Numbered from the stretch's first letter, positions 1-12,411 are shown. The stretch is 64,000 nt of DNA from Gammaproteobacteria bacterium (GCA_965215365.1 CBDCDS010000003.1:1120001-1184000), one strand, 5' to 3'. The notes: generated from the sequence alone by a model not told the origin. A program made the numbers and translations.

Positions 1-130
1 TTATGCAGCCTGGAAGATCGGCCGTCATACCGGCGTAGAGATAGAGGTGACCCCTCGACTACGCCGTTATCCGCTGCTGTTCGGCTGGGGCGTGTTCCTG
101 AAACTAGTGAGGCGGGGTGTGCTACGGTGA
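1..130 (+). CDS. 3' end of a conserved hypothetical protein (partial, runs off window start)
   Basis: Frame from nt 2 reads YAAWKIGRHTGVEIEVTPRLRRYPLLFGWGVFLKLVRRGVLR*. Its TGA (128-130) overlaps the next GTG start (GTGA coupling). Not in the ORF track. Confidence 0.6.
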   Translation, partial: YAAWKIGRHTGVEIEVTPRLRRYPLLFGWGVFLKLVRRGVLR

Positions 131-864
131 ACCATGACAAAAAACAACGGCGCTTCAGCGTCACCCTGGGCTTGTGGATCATCAAGCGCATAGAGCGCGC
201 TTTGATCAGGTATTCCCGGGTCCCCGACACGCCGTTCCTGGCGCCGGATGAATTTCCCTGGGTGGCAGCGCTGGAAGCCGCATGGAAGCCGATACGCGCG
301 GAACTGCAACAATTGCTGGAAGCCCCCGAGCGCATTCCCAATTTCCAGGACATCTCGCGCGACCAGATAAACCTCAGCAGGGACGACAAATGGAAGTCTT
401 ACTTCCTCTATGGCTATGGCTACAAGATGGAAAATAACTGCCGCGCCTGCCCGCAAACAACGCGTATCATCGAGTCCATACCGGGTATGTTCACCGCCTT
501 TTTTTCGGTGCTGGCGCCCGGTAAACACATCCCCGTACACCGCGGCCCCTATCGGGGGCTGCTGCGCTGCCACCTGGCGTTGCTGGTGCCTGAACCGCGC
601 CAGGATTGCTGGATAGAAGTGGGCGGCGCGACCGCCACCTGGGAAGAGGGCCGCTGTATCGTATTCGATGATACCTATCCGCACCGGGTGGAAAACAATA
701 CCGAGGCCCGGCGCGTGGTGTTATTCCTGGACATCAAACGGCCATTGAACTTCCCCGGCGCGCTGCTCAATCGTATCGTCCTGTTCCTGATCCGCCACTC
801 GCCGTACATACAGGATGCCCGCCGCAACCAGATAGCCTGGGAGAAACGCCTAGATTGCGTTTGA
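127..864 (+). CDS. Aspartyl/asparaginyl beta-hydroxylase family 2OG-Fe(II) dioxygenase (LpxO-like)
   Basis: Motifs FFSVLAPGKHIPVHRGPY and WEEGRCIVFDDTYPHRVEN...RVVLFLD. Confidence 0.85.
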   Translation: MNHDKKQRRFSVTLGLWIIKRIERALIRYSRVPDTPFLAPDEFPWVAALEAAWKPIRAELQQLLEAPERIPNFQDISRDQINLSRDDKWKSYFLYGYGYKMENNCRACPQTTRIIESIPGMFTAFFSVLAPGKHIPVHRGPYRGLLRCHLALLVPEPRQDCWIEVGGATATWEEGRCIVFDDTYPHRVENNTEARRVVLFLDIKRPLNFPGALLNRIVLFLIRHSPYIQDARRNQIAWEKRLDCV

Positions 865-886
865 GGCCTTGAGTATTGTCCGCAAT

Positions 887-1840
887 TCATCTGCGCGTTA
901 ACCCGGCTGCGAATTGCAGGGCTGTTGTCGCCAGCTCAACTCTGTTCTGCAAGGAACGCATGACCGTATTGGCAACCCTTACCTCAATGCCCGACTTCTC
1001 AATGGCCAGCGCTTCGTGAGCGTCGATGTTGTCGATGACGAGACCGTTCAGAAAGTCACGGTAGTAGCCGGCGAGCGCCAGGTTGGTTGCCGGCAGGTGC
1101 AGTTCTGCCATGATCTTCGCGGCCGGGCCTTTCAGAGCCTTGCCGCCGACGATGGGAGAGACGGCGATGACCGGCGCCCGTGTCGATTGCAGGCCGGCGC
1201 GTACTCCCGGCAGCGACAGGATCGGGTCGATACTCAGAAACGGGTTGGACGGGCACAGGATCACCGCGTGCGGAGCGTCGTGGCTCAGCAACTCGGCAAA
1301 GTCCGGGTGCGGACGCGCCGTGTCGGCGCCGGCATAGCGCAGCGCCCGCACCCGCGGGCGGCAAGCCAGACGCACGAAGTAATCCTGAAACGGCAGCTCG
1401 CCCTGGTCGGTGCAGACAATCGTCTGCACCGGGTCATCACTCATGGGTACGAGCCGCTGCACAACCCCGAAGGAAGTGCACAGTGACTGCATGACTGCGG
1501 TCAGGCCCAGGCCCCGTTGCAGCCCCCAGGTGCGGTAGCTGTGGGTGGCGAGGTCCTGGTCGCCCAGGTTGAACCAGTCCGGTCCGCCTAGGCGGGACAG
1601 CGCGCGCATGAAGTTCCAGGTCTCGCCGGCCAGACCCCAGCCCCGTTCCGGGTCGGCTACCCCGGCCAGCGTGTACATGACGGTATCCAGGTCGGGCGAG
1701 ATATGCAGGCCCAGATGCCGGAAGTCATCGCCGGTGTTGACCACCGTCAACAGTTCAGCCGGTTGCAGTAGCCGGCTGAGGCCAAGCACCAGCTTGGCGC
1801 CACCGACGCCACCGCACAGAGCAAGGATGCGGGTTGTCAT
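887..1840 (-). CDS. cofD: 2-phospho-L-lactate transferase (F420 biosynthesis)
   Basis: Motifs [53 protein letters not shown]. Confidence 0.92.
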   Translation of the reverse strand: MTTRILALCGGVGGAKLVLGLSRLLQPAELLTVVNTGDDFRHLGLHISPDLDTVMYTLAGVADPERGWGLAGETWNFMRALSRLGGPDWFNLGDQDLATHSYRTWGLQRGLGLTAVMQSLCTSFGVVQRLVPMSDDPVQTIVCTDQGELPFQDYFVRLACRPRVRALRYAGADTARPHPDFAELLSHDAPHAVILCPSNPFLSIDPILSLPGVRAGLQSTRAPVIAVSPIVGGKALKGPAAKIMAELHLPATNLALAGYYRDFLNGLVIDNIDAHEALAIEKSGIEVRVANTVMRSLQNRVELATTALQFAAGLTRR

Positions 1841-1916
1841 GGGCTGCGTGTCAGTCAGGAACGGATTTCAAGGCTGCCCCAAGTCCACCACAGAGCCGGG
1901 GTCGTCAGGGTTACCA

Positions 1917-2693
1917 TTACCTGAACAAGTCTTTGACCGGGTCTCTTATCAGAGCCGACGCGTTACTGGCAGGACCATCCAAATCCAGGCCCTTGACCAG
2001 CGCCGCGGGAATGCCCTGCGCCGCTTGTCCCATCACCAGCGAGGCTGCGGCGGCAATCTCGTCGGCGATACCCACCTCGGTCACCCGCAACGGATTGCCG
2101 TGCCGGTCCTGGGCGCCGCGCAGATCCAGCAGGCAGGGCAGGCCGGCAGCGCCGATGGCAATGCCGGTGACGCCGTTGCGCCAGGCGCGTCCGGCGCTGT
2201 CGTTGATGATGACGCCTAGATTGACGCCCAGACTTCGTGACAAACGGGTTTGCAGCTGCGCGGCGCTGGCATCGGGGTCTTGCGGCAGCAGCAGTACCCG
2301 TTCCGAACGGTTGTTACGGGGGATATTTGAATGATCGATACCGGCATTGGCATGAATAAATCCCAGTTTGTGCTCCACGATCAAGACATGCTGCCGATAC
2401 CTGACCACACGCTTGGACTGGGACAGGATCAGCTCGACCAGACGCGCGTCCTTGCCTGTTGCCGCGGCCAGTTGCAAGGCTTGTGCCGAAGGCGTTACCA
2501 TAGCCAGATGCACGTACCGGTTCTCCGCCTTGGACACGATCTTCTGGGCGATCACCACAATATCGCCGGCACTGACAGAGTGCGCTTGCAGACACGCCGT
2601 CAACAGCGCCGCCAGATCATCACCCGGCATGACCTCAGGTATGCCGGGTAGCGGCAGCAGCTGTATTCCGGCACCAGACTTTTTACTGTTCAT
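1917..2693 (-). CDS. cofE: Coenzyme F420-0:L-glutamate ligase
   Basis: Motifs [61 protein letters not shown] at 2693 preferred over the ORF-track start 2714. Confidence 0.92.
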   Translation of the reverse strand: MNSKKSGAGIQLLPLPGIPEVMPGDDLAALLTACLQAHSVSAGDIVVIAQKIVSKAENRYVHLAMVTPSAQALQLAAATGKDARLVELILSQSKRVVRYRQHVLIVEHKLGFIHANAGIDHSNIPRNNRSERVLLLPQDPDASAAQLQTRLSRSLGVNLGVIINDSAGRAWRNGVTGIAIGAAGLPCLLDLRGAQDRHGNPLRVTEVGIADEIAAAASLVMGQAAQGIPAALVKGLDLDGPASNASALIRDPVKDLFR

Positions 2694-2730
2694 AGGGTTA
2701 TAATACCTTGTCAAACGATAGCAGGTTAAA

Positions 2731-2823
2731 GGTCACCTCTCACAAACATGAGGTGACCGAGCAGCACAGGGATGTGCTGCTCGGGGCCAGCTACGCTGTC
2801 CAAATTCGTTCCGGACGAATTTG
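2731..2823. repeat. Cluster of three short hairpin repeats (REP/BIME-like)
   Basis: GGTCACCTC-N10-GAGGTGACC (2731-2758); GAGCAGCAC-AGGGAT-GTGCTGCTC (2759-2782); CAAATTCGT-TCCGG-ACGAATTTG (2801-2823). Confidence 0.75.
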
Positions 2824-2838
2824 TGCACAGCCACAGGC

Positions 2839-2975
2839 TGCCTGCAGGCAGCACCAAGACCCGCGAAGGCGCATCAAGCGTAGTGGGTTATGGGGAAAGA
2901 GCAGCAATATTATCATAACTTATTGAGAGCAATGATGTTTCACAAGGCAACAAGCGACTTGGTGAGAGCTGCGGG
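2839..2975 (+). mobile_element. Partial copy (right ~140 bp) of the 239-bp MITE
   Basis: Aligns by eye to ~13015-13150; ends GGTGAGAGCTGCGGG followed by TTAG. Confidence 0.8.
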
Positions 2976-2981
2976 TTAGCC

Positions 2982-4421
2982 ATGAACAGCAACAAAATTG
3001 TCACCCGCTTCGCCCCCAGTCCCACCGGTTTCCTGCATGTCGGTGGTATTCGCACGGCGCTGTTTTCCTGGTTGTATGCCCGCCGCCACGACGGGGAGTT
3101 CCTGCTGAGAATAGAAGACACCGACCGTGAACGCAGCACCGATGCGGCTCTGCAAGTTATCCTGGAGGGCATGAACTGGCTGGGGCTGACCCATGACCGG
3201 GACCTCGTATATCAGTCGCAGCGCACACAACTGTACCAGGATGCGATACAGCGATTGCTGGAGCTGGACCGGGCCTATTATTGTTTTTGCAGCAAGGAAG
3301 AAATCGACGCCATGCGCGCAGAGGCCCTGAGCAAGGGCGAGAAACCCCGTTATAACGGCAAGTACCGCGACCTGGGCCGCCAGCCTGTGGCCGGTGAGAC
3401 ACCCGTAGTACGTTTCAAAAATCCCCTGCACGGCGAGGTGGTCATCGACGACCTTATCCAGGGCCGGGTGATGATCAGCAACCGGGAACTGGATGATTTA
3501 ATCATCGCCCGCGCCGACGGGTCACCGACCTACAACCTGACCGTGGTAGTGGACGATGCCGAGATGGGCATCACTCACGTCGTGCGCGGGGACGATCATC
3601 TCAATAATACGCCCCGTCAGATGAATATCTTCAACGCGTTGGGCTTTGCGGCGCCGAACTACGCCCATATCCCCCTGATCCTGGACCCGCAAGGCAAAAA
3701 ACTGTCCAAACGCCACGGCGCCGCCAGCGTGTTGGAATACCGTGAGCAGGGCTACCTGCCGGAGGCCTTGCTGAACTATCTGGCGCGCCTGGGCTGGTCC
3801 CATGGCGACCAGGAACTATTCAATGTGGACGAATTGATTGCACTGTTTGACCTGGGCCGGGTGAACAAAGCCGCCGCCGCGCTGAACCCCGACAAGCTGG
3901 CCTGGCTGAACCAGCATTATCTCAAAGATAGCAAGGCCGAACGGATTGCCGGCCTGCTGGAAGAAAAACTGGTCGGACTCGGCGTTGACGTAAGCGGGCC
4001 GCCTGCTCTCAGGGAGGTGGCCCGGATACAGCAAGAGCGTGTGAAGACTGTTGTGGAAATGGCTGAACAAAGCCGGTTTTTCTACCAGGAGTTCGCCGAG
4101 TATGAGCCAACGGCTGCAAAAAAACACCTGCGTCCGGTGGCGCTGGAGCCGTTGCGGCAGGCGCGCGCGGCATTGGCCGGACTGGAAACCTGGGGGCGGG
4201 AGGCGCTGCATCGGACTGTTGACAATGTTGCACAGCAGCTGGATATCAAATTCGGCAAAATCGCCCAACCATTGCGAGTGGCAGTCACCGGCAGCGCCGT
4301 CTCCCCCGCCATCGACGTCACCCTGGAGTTGCTGGGCCGGAACCGGACTCTGTCCCGCCTAGCGCGCGCGCTGGCATGGATTCAGAAGCGGAGCGATGCA
4401 TCCGGATTTGACAGTCAATAA
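2982..4421 (+). CDS. gltX: Glutamate--tRNA ligase
   Basis: RFAPSPTGFLHVGG (HIGH-type motif), LLRIEDTD, KLSKR; next to tRNA-Ala and tRNA-Glu. Confidence 0.97.
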   Translation: MNSNKIVTRFAPSPTGFLHVGGIRTALFSWLYARRHDGEFLLRIEDTDRERSTDAALQVILEGMNWLGLTHDRDLVYQSQRTQLYQDAIQRLLELDRAYYCFCSKEEIDAMRAEALSKGEKPRYNGKYRDLGRQPVAGETPVVRFKNPLHGEVVIDDLIQGRVMISNRELDDLIIARADGSPTYNLTVVVDDAEMGITHVVRGDDHLNNTPRQMNIFNALGFAAPNYAHIPLILDPQGKKLSKRHGAASVLEYREQGYLPEALLNYLARLGWSHGDQELFNVDELIALFDLGRVNKAAAALNPDKLAWLNQHYLKDSKAERIAGLLEEKLVGLGVDVSGPPALREVARIQQERVKTVVEMAEQSRFFYQEFAEYEPTAAKKHLRPVALEPLRQARAALAGLETWGREALHRTVDNVAQQLDIKFGKIAQPLRVAVTGSAVSPAIDVTLELLGRNRTLSRLARALAWIQKRSDASGFDSQ

Positions 4422-4468
4422 TGCCTGGTCTATACTGCGCCCGCACGTTAGCCGGTCAGTGTGCTCGA

Positions 4469-4511
4469 GAGAACCTCTGAAAATGCCCTCCGTGGCATTT
4501 TCAGGGATGCC
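4469..4511. repeat. 43-bp hairpin repeat, inverted homologue of 23704-23745
   Basis: GAGAACCTCTGAAAATGCC-CTCCGT-GGCATTTTCAGGGATGCC. Confidence 0.7.
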
Positions 4512-4528
4512 TTGGAACTGTTCAGTGC

Positions 4529-4604
<76 letters not shown>

Positions 4605-4617
4605 GAGTTTTCCACCT

Positions 4618-4693
4618 GTCCCCTTCGTCTAGAGGCCCAGGACATCGCCCTTTCACGGCGGCAACAGGGGTTCGACTCCCCTAGGGGACGCCA
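4618..4693 (+). tRNA. tRNA-Glu(TTC)
   Basis: GTCCCCT...AGGGGACGCCA; anticodon loop CTTTCAC. Confidence 0.97.
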
Positions 4694-4704
4694 TTTAAGG
4701 CAAA

Positions 4705-4734
4705 GACAGCCGAAGCGTCATGGCTTTGGCTGTC
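4705..4734 (+). terminator. Hairpin downstream of the tRNA pair (possible terminator or processing stem)
   Basis: GACAGCCGAAGC-GTCATG-GCTTTGGCTGTC; no U-tract follows. Confidence 0.4.
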
Positions 4735-4787
4735 CTGGCAGCCTGCTAGAGAGGCAGTAATTGGGATTAGCCCGCGCGAAAAAGAGC

Positions 4788-6344
<1,557 letters not shown>

Positions 6345-6345
6345 A

Positions 6346-7497
6346 GTGGATTCGATGCATATAATGAAGTTCAGAGATTTTATAACTCTTCAAAGAGGGT
6401 TTGATCTTCCAAAGAAGATGCGACGGAATGGTATTTTCCCTGTGGTTGCATCAGCATCAGTTCAAGGATTTCATGATGAATACAAGGTGCAAACTCCTGG
6501 CGTTGTGACTGGACGAAGCGGATCACTTGGACATGTTCTCTTTATCGAGCAACCGTTTTGGCCGCTGAATACCACGCTCTGGGTTAAAGATTTTAAGCAC
6601 AATAATCCACGATACGTATGCTATCACTTACAAACCCTTCGTCTTGAACGCTACAACTCTGGGGCGGGTGTGCCCACGCTCAACCGAAATCATCTTAATG
6701 AAATTGAAGTGGGGGTTCATGTCATCGAATCCCAACAAAAAATCGCCGCCATCCTCTCCGCCTATGACGACCTGATCGAGAACAACCTGCGGCGCATCAA
6801 GATACTGGAGGAGATGGCCCAGAACCTCTACCGCGAGTGGTTCGTCAAGTTCCGCTTTCCCGGCCATGAACAGGTGCGCATGGTCGACTCTCCACTGGGG
6901 AAGATTCCGGAGGGGTGGGAGGTTAGAAGACTATCTGAAGTCTGCAATCTGGTGATGGGTCAATCCCCAAAATCTGAATTTTACAATGACGTAGGTGAAG
7001 GTTTGCCTTTCCATCAGGGTGTAACAGACTTTCGTGACAGATTTCCGATCACACGACTTTACTGCACCGTTCAAAACAGGTTAGCGGAAGCTGGAGATAT
7101 TCTCTTCTCAGTACGCGCACCGGTGGGCCGCATCAATATTGCACCGACACAAATGATTATCGGTCGTGGCTTAAGTGCTATTCAGCATTCCGCTGGATAT
7201 CAGTGGTTTGCATTTCACTTGCTTAAGGAGAAATTCAAAGAAGAAGATTCAATAGGGGGAGGTACGATATTCAAAGCAGTAACAAAAGCAGATATGCAGG
7301 GCATAGAGCTTCTTTCCGCTGATGATGAAACTCATAGACGGTTCGAGGAGATCGCTTCACCGATTGAGAGCCAAATTAAGAATATGACAAAAAAGAATGA
7401 AACCCTCCGCCAAACCCGCGACCTCCTCCTCCCCAAACTCATCTCCGGTGAATTGGATGTATCGAAACTCGACATCGACATCAGAGAGGCGGCATGA
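6346..7497 (+). CDS. hsdS: Type I R-M specificity subunit
   Basis: Two TRDs, central [18 protein letters not shown]...GKIPEGW and terminal [17 protein letters not shown]. Confidence 0.95.
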   Translation: MDSMHIMKFRDFITLQRGFDLPKKMRRNGIFPVVASASVQGFHDEYKVQTPGVVTGRSGSLGHVLFIEQPFWPLNTTLWVKDFKHNNPRYVCYHLQTLRLERYNSGAGVPTLNRNHLNEIEVGVHVIESQQKIAAILSAYDDLIENNLRRIKILEEMAQNLYREWFVKFRFPGHEQVRMVDSPLGKIPEGWEVRRLSEVCNLVMGQSPKSEFYNDVGEGLPFHQGVTDFRDRFPITRLYCTVQNRLAEAGDILFSVRAPVGRINIAPTQMIIGRGLSAIQHSAGYQWFAFHLLKEKFKEEDSIGGGTIFKAVTKADMQGIELLSADDETHRRFEEIASPIESQIKNMTKKNETLRQTRDLLLPKLISGELDVSKLDIDIREAA

Positions 7498-8648
7498 GCG
7501 CCCGGGTTCCGGTCAATCCCGATTTGCTCCACTGGGCACTGGAACGCGCCGGCGCGAGCACTGAAGCGTTCGCGGAAAAGTTTCCGAAACTGAACGACTG
7601 GCTGGGGGGCGAGCTTGCGCCCACTTACAAGCAACTGGAAGCCTTTGCCAGGGCGACCCATACCGCCATCGGTCTGCTGTTTCTGCCGCAACCACCCGAA
7701 GAGCCATTGCCGATACCAGACTTTCGCACGCTGCCCGAGACGCGGTTGTCCCGCCCGAGCGCCAATCTTTTGGATATGATCTACCTCTGCCAGCAGCGCC
7801 AGGCCTGGTATCGGGACTATCAACGCTTGCAAGGCGAGGCGGCGGTTACTTTTGTCCGTTCCGCCTCGGTGGCGGATCAGGTGCCCGGGGTGGCGGCCGG
7901 AATCGCCCAAGCCATTGGTTTCGACCTTGCCGAGCGACAACAGTCGCCGAACTGGTCCGAAGCGCTGCGTCGCTTCATCTCCCGCGTCGAACAGGCCGGG
8001 ATCTTGGTCATGGTCAGCGGCGTGGTGGGCAGCAATACCCGTCGCCCCTTGAATGTGGAGGAGTTTCGCGGTTTTGCCCTAGCTGATCCCCTTGCGCCGC
8101 TAATCTTCATCAACGGCAGGGATTCCAAGACGGCGCAGATGTTCACCCTGGCCCATGAACTGGCCCATCTGTGGCTGGGAGAGAGCGGCGTCTCCAATGT
8201 CCAGGCCGCGACCCGGCCGGATGAGCGAATCGAGCGCTGGTGCAACGCGGTGGCGGCGGAATTGCTGGTTCCGCTTGAACAGCTTCGCCCGAATTACGCT
8301 CCGGAAAATGAGCTGCATGAAGAAATGCAGCGCCTCGCCCGCCGATTCAAGGTCAGCACGCTGGTCATCGTCCGCCGCTTGTTCGATCTGGGGGTGTTCG
8401 ACCAAGAGACGCTGTGGGCGACCTATCGCGCGGAGCTTGAGCGCGTCAAGGCGCTGTCCGCCAGAGAGGGCGGTGGCGGTGATTTCTACAACACGCTGTC
8501 TGCCAGAACCGGAAAGCGGTTTGTAAAAGCGCTTGTAGCCAGCACGCTGGAGGGGCAAACCCAGTTTACCGATGCGTTCAGGATGCTGGGTATCAGGAAA
8601 ACCGCCACTTTCTACGAGGAGGCCCGGCGTTTGGGATTGCACGGATGA
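7494..8648 (+). CDS. HTH + ImmA/IrrE family metallopeptidase
   Basis: N-terminal XRE-like HTH ([10 protein letters not shown]), FTLAHELAH (HEXXH), [17 protein letters not shown]. Confidence 0.9.
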   Translation: MSARVPVNPDLLHWALERAGASTEAFAEKFPKLNDWLGGELAPTYKQLEAFARATHTAIGLLFLPQPPEEPLPIPDFRTLPETRLSRPSANLLDMIYLCQQRQAWYRDYQRLQGEAAVTFVRSASVADQVPGVAAGIAQAIGFDLAERQQSPNWSEALRRFISRVEQAGILVMVSGVVGSNTRRPLNVEEFRGFALADPLAPLIFINGRDSKTAQMFTLAHELAHLWLGESGVSNVQAATRPDERIERWCNAVAAELLVPLEQLRPNYAPENELHEEMQRLARRFKVSTLVIVRRLFDLGVFDQETLWATYRAELERVKALSAREGGGGDFYNTLSARTGKRFVKALVASTLEGQTQFTDAFRMLGIRKTATFYEEARRLGLHG

Positions 8649-9139
8649 AATACTTGCTGGACGCCAACGTCTTCATGGCGGCGAACAATCTTCACTATGG
8701 CCTGGATTTCTGTCCCGCGTTCTGGGACTGGCTGATCGCGGGCAATGCGCAACGGAAGGTGTTCAGTATCGAGAAAGTGGGAGATGAAATCTCGGCTGGT
8801 GGCGATGCTTTGACCGGGTGGGCTGAAGGGCCCGGTAAACATCTGTTTCGCAAGCCGGACCCGGAAGCCCTGAAAAGTATGGCTCAGGTCAGCCAGTGGG
8901 TGACGGAAAACGACTATACCCCCGCGGCGGTGAACACCTTCTTGCAGGTGGCGGACTACTGGCTGGTGTCCCACGCGCTGGCGCATGGTTTGGTGGTGGT
9001 CACCCACGAGAAACCCGCGGATACGCGCAACAAGGTGAAAATCCCCAATGTTTGTGTAGGGCTGGGCGTGAAGGTGATGACGCCGTTCGAAATGCTGCGC
9101 CATGAGCGGGCGCGTTTTGTCTTGGGTGGCGCGGCGTAA
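8645..9139 (+). CDS. DUF4411 family PIN-like protein
   Basis: YLLDANVF, FWDWL, ADYWLVSHA, VVTHE, KIPNVC; overlaps the ImmA stop (ATGA). Confidence 0.85.
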   Translation: MKYLLDANVFMAANNLHYGLDFCPAFWDWLIAGNAQRKVFSIEKVGDEISAGGDALTGWAEGPGKHLFRKPDPEALKSMAQVSQWVTENDYTPAAVNTFLQVADYWLVSHALAHGLVVVTHEKPADTRNKVKIPNVCVGLGVKVMTPFEMLRHERARFVLGGAA

Positions 9140-9165
9140 CGCTCCGGGAATAGAAGGAAAAACCG

Positions 9166-12100
9166 ATGTCCGACTACTCCGAAGACGCGCTGGTCGAACA
9201 GCCCGCCATCGCCCTGTTCGCGGCGATGGGATGGGAGACGGCCAATGGTTTCCATGAATTTGATCAGACGGGTGGCAGTACCTTGGGGCGGGAGACGAAA
9301 TCCGAGGTGGTGCTTGGAGGGCGGTTGCGGTCGGCGCTGCAGCGGCTGAATCCCGGTTTGCCGGCGGACGCTTTCGACCAGGCCATCGAGGAGTTGGTCC
9401 GCGACCGCAGCGCCATGGCCCCGGTGCGGGCCAACCGAGAAATCCATCTGCTGCTGAAGAACGGCGCGCGGGTAAAGATTTCCGACCCTGACGGCACGGG
9501 CGAGACGGTGGAGTCGGTCAGGCTGATCGACTGGAACACACCGACCAACAACGATTTCCTGCTGGTCAGCCAGTTCTGGGTGACCGGGGAGATGTACACC
9601 CGGCGGGCCGACCTGGTGGGCTTCGTCAATGGCATTCCGCTGGTGTTCATCGAGCTGAAGGCGGCCCATGCCCGGCTGGAGACGGCTTACACCGGCAATC
9701 TGAGCGACTACAAGAACGCCATTCCCCAGCTCTTTTGGTACAACGCCCTGATCATGCTCTCCAACGGCAGCGAAAGCCGCATCGGCAGCATGACCGCAAA
9801 CTGGGAGCACTTCGTCGAGTGGAAGAAGATCAACCGCGAGGGCGAGGAGGGGGTGGTCTCGCTGGAAACCATGATCCGGGGTGCCTGCGACAAGGCGCGG
9901 CTGCTGGACCTGGTGGAGAACTTCACCCTGTTCATGGAGGTGCAAGGTGGCCCCATCAAACTGTTGGGCAAGAATCACCAGTACCTGGGGGTGAACAACG
10001 CCATCGAGGCACTGCGGGACATCGAGCGCCGCGCTGGCCGGCTGGGCGTATTCTGGCATACCCAGGGCAGCGGCAAGAGCGTATCGATGATCTGTTTCGC
10101 GCAGAAGGTACTGCGCAAGATCCCCGGCAACTGGACCTTCGTCATCATTACCGACCGGCAGGAGCTGGATCAGCAGATCTACAAGAGCTTCGCGGCAAGC
10201 GGAGCGGTGACCGAGCAAGAAGCGCGAGCCACTTCCAGCCATCATCTGCGTCAGCTTTTGACGGAAGATCACCGCTATGTCTTCACCCTCATCCACAAGT
10301 TCCGTACCGAGCGGGGCGAGCGGCATCCGGTGTTGTCGGAGCGCGCCGACATCATCGTTATCACCGACGAGGCGCATCGCAGCCAGTACGACACCCTAGC
10401 ACTGAATATGCGCACTGCCCTGCCCAACGCCTCTTTTATCGCCTTCACCGGTACGCCGCTGATCATCGGCGAGGAGAAAACGCGGGAGGTCTTCGGCAAC
10501 TATGTGAGCGTGTACGACTTCCGCCAGTCGGTGGAGGATGGCGCGACCGTTCCGCTCTACTACGAAAACCGCATCCCCGAATTGCAGCTTACCAACGAAA
10601 ATCTCAACGAGGACATGGAGCGCCTGCTGGAAGAGGCGGAGCTGGATGAGGAGCAGGAGAAGAAGCTGGAACGGGAATTCGCCCGTCAGTACCACCTGAT
10701 CACGCGCGAGGAGCGGCTGGAGACCATCGCCGGCGACCTGGTGAGCCATTTCATCGGGCGCGGGTTCCGCGGCAAGGCGATGGTGATCAGCATCGACAAA
10801 GCCACGGCAGTGCGCATGTACGACAGAGTGAAGGCGCACTGGACGGTGGAAATATCGCGCCTGATGGACGAGATGGCCAAGACGGTGGGCGACGAGCAGC
10901 GTCAAGTCATCAAGGAGCGGCTTCAGTTCATGGAATCTACCGATATGGCGGTGGTGGTCTCCCCGTCACAGAACGAGATCGAGGAGATGCAAGCCAGGGG
11001 GCTGGACATCGCGCCGCACCGCAAGCGCATGGTCAGCGAAGACCTGGAGACCCGGTTCAAGGACCCGGCCGATCCCTTCCGCATCGTCTTCGTCTGCGCC
11101 ATGTGGCTGACCGGCTTTGATGCGCCTTCCTGCTCCACGCTCTACCTAGACAAGCCAATGCGCAACCACACCTTGATGCAGACCATCGCGCGGGCCAACC
11201 GGGTGTTCAAGGAAAAAGTCAACGGCCTTATCGTCGATTACGTCGGGGTGTTCCGCAACCTGGAAAAGGCACTGGCGATCTATGGGACTGAGCGTGGCGC
11301 CGGCGGCGATTCTCCGGTCAAGGACAAGGCGGCGCTGGTCGCCTTGTTGCGGCAGTCGATTGCCGAGACGGAGAGGTTCTGCGCGGGAATGGGGGTCGAT
11401 CCGGGCGCCATCGAGGCAGCCAGCGATTTCGGGAAAATCAAGCTGTTGGATGACGCGGTGGAGGCCCTGATTGCCAATGACGACAGCAAAAAGCGGTATC
11501 TGGCGCAGGCCGCGACGGTCCGCAGACTCTACAAGGCCATATTGCCGGATAGCGAGGCCGAGGCGTTCGCCGCGCGGTGCCAGTTGGTTAGCGTGCTGGC
11601 GAAAAAGATTCGTGCACTTACTCCTCCGGCAGACATCTCCGAGGTGATGAATCAGGTAGAGGAACTGCTGGATACGTCCATTGCCGCCGAGGGTTATATG
11701 ATTCGGCAAACGCCTGCGACCTATGGGGCGGCGGGTGGTGCTGAGGGGCATTGGGTCGATCTCGCGCAGATAGACTTCGAGGCCTTGAAGGAGCGGTTCA
11801 CCAACGGCAGGAAGCGCACGGAGGCGGAAAAGCTCAAGGGCCAGGTGCACAGCAAATTGAAGCGGATGCTGCGCCTCAACCGCACCCGCATGGACTATCT
11901 GGAGCGGTTCCAGAAGATGATCGACGAATACAACGCCGGAAGCCTGAACATCGACGAGTTTTTCCGGCGCTTGCTGACTTTCGCTGAAAACCTGAACGAG
12001 GAGCAGCAGCGCAGTGTCGCGGAGCAACTATCGGAAGAAGAGCTGGCGTTGTTCGACATCCTGACCAGGCCCCGGCTTGATCTTTCCGACAAGGAGATCA

Positions 12101-12411
12101 AGCAGGTGAAGAAAGCGGCCAGGGAGCTGTTGGAAGCGTTGAAGCGTGAAAAGCTGGTTCTGGACTGGCGCAAGTTCCAGCAGTCCCGGGCCGCCGTGAA
12201 AATCAGCATCGAGGATGTGCTGGACGAGCGATTGCCGGACAGCTTCCCGCCGGAGCTTTTTCAGCACAAGGTCGGGGCTGTGTACCAGCACGTTTTCGAT
12301 TCCTACTACGGCGGCGGCCGAGGGGTGTATGCGTCTGCTAAAATGACAGAGTTGCATCCTTGTGAGGCGCCAGAAATGCTGGTTCGCTCACTGTCAACAG
12401 ACTGCGAATGA
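9166..12411 (+). CDS. hsdR: Type I R-M restriction subunit
   Basis: RADLVGFVNGIPLVFIELK nuclease motif, WHTQGSGKS, DEAH, FTGTP, MWLTGFDAP, QTIARANR. Confidence 0.95.
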   Translation: MSDYSEDALVEQPAIALFAAMGWETANGFHEFDQTGGSTLGRETKSEVVLGGRLRSALQRLNPGLPADAFDQAIEELVRDRSAMAPVRANREIHLLLKNGARVKISDPDGTGETVESVRLIDWNTPTNNDFLLVSQFWVTGEMYTRRADLVGFVNGIPLVFIELKAAHARLETAYTGNLSDYKNAIPQLFWYNALIMLSNGSESRIGSMTANWEHFVEWKKINREGEEGVVSLETMIRGACDKARLLDLVENFTLFMEVQGGPIKLLGKNHQYLGVNNAIEALRDIERRAGRLGVFWHTQGSGKSVSMICFAQKVLRKIPGNWTFVIITDRQELDQQIYKSFAASGAVTEQEARATSSHHLRQLLTEDHRYVFTLIHKFRTERGERHPVLSERADIIVITDEAHRSQYDTLALNMRTALPNASFIAFTGTPLIIGEEKTREVFGNYVSVYDFRQSVEDGATVPLYYENRIPELQLTNENLNEDMERLLEEAELDEEQEKKLEREFARQYHLITREERLETIAGDLVSHFIGRGFRGKAMVISIDKATAVRMYDRVKAHWTVEISRLMDEMAKTVGDEQRQVIKERLQFMESTDMAVVVSPSQNEIEEMQARGLDIAPHRKRMVSEDLETRFKDPADPFRIVFVCAMWLTGFDAPSCSTLYLDKPMRNHTLMQTIARANRVFKEKVNGLIVDYVGVFRNLEKALAIYGTERGAGGDSPVKDKAALVALLRQSIAETERFCAGMGVDPGAIEAASDFGKIKLLDDAVEALIANDDSKKRYLAQAATVRRLYKAILPDSEAEAFAARCQLVSVLAKKIRALTPPADISEVMNQVEELLDTSIAAEGYMIRQTPATYGAAGGAEGHWVDLAQIDFEALKERFTNGRKRTEAEKLKGQVHSKLKRMLRLNRTRMDYLERFQKMIDEYNAGSLNIDEFFRRLLTFAENLNEEQQRSVAEQLSEEELALFDILTRPRLDLSDKEIKQVKKAARELLEALKREKLVLDWRKFQQSRAAVKISIEDVLDERLPDSFPPELFQHKVGAVYQHVFDSYYGGGRGVYASAKMTELHPCEAPEMLVRSLSTDCE

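Noticed and set aside
42-52. TAGAGGTGACC resembling the hairpin element end
   Set aside because: It is a single arm inside a coherent coding frame (IEVT).
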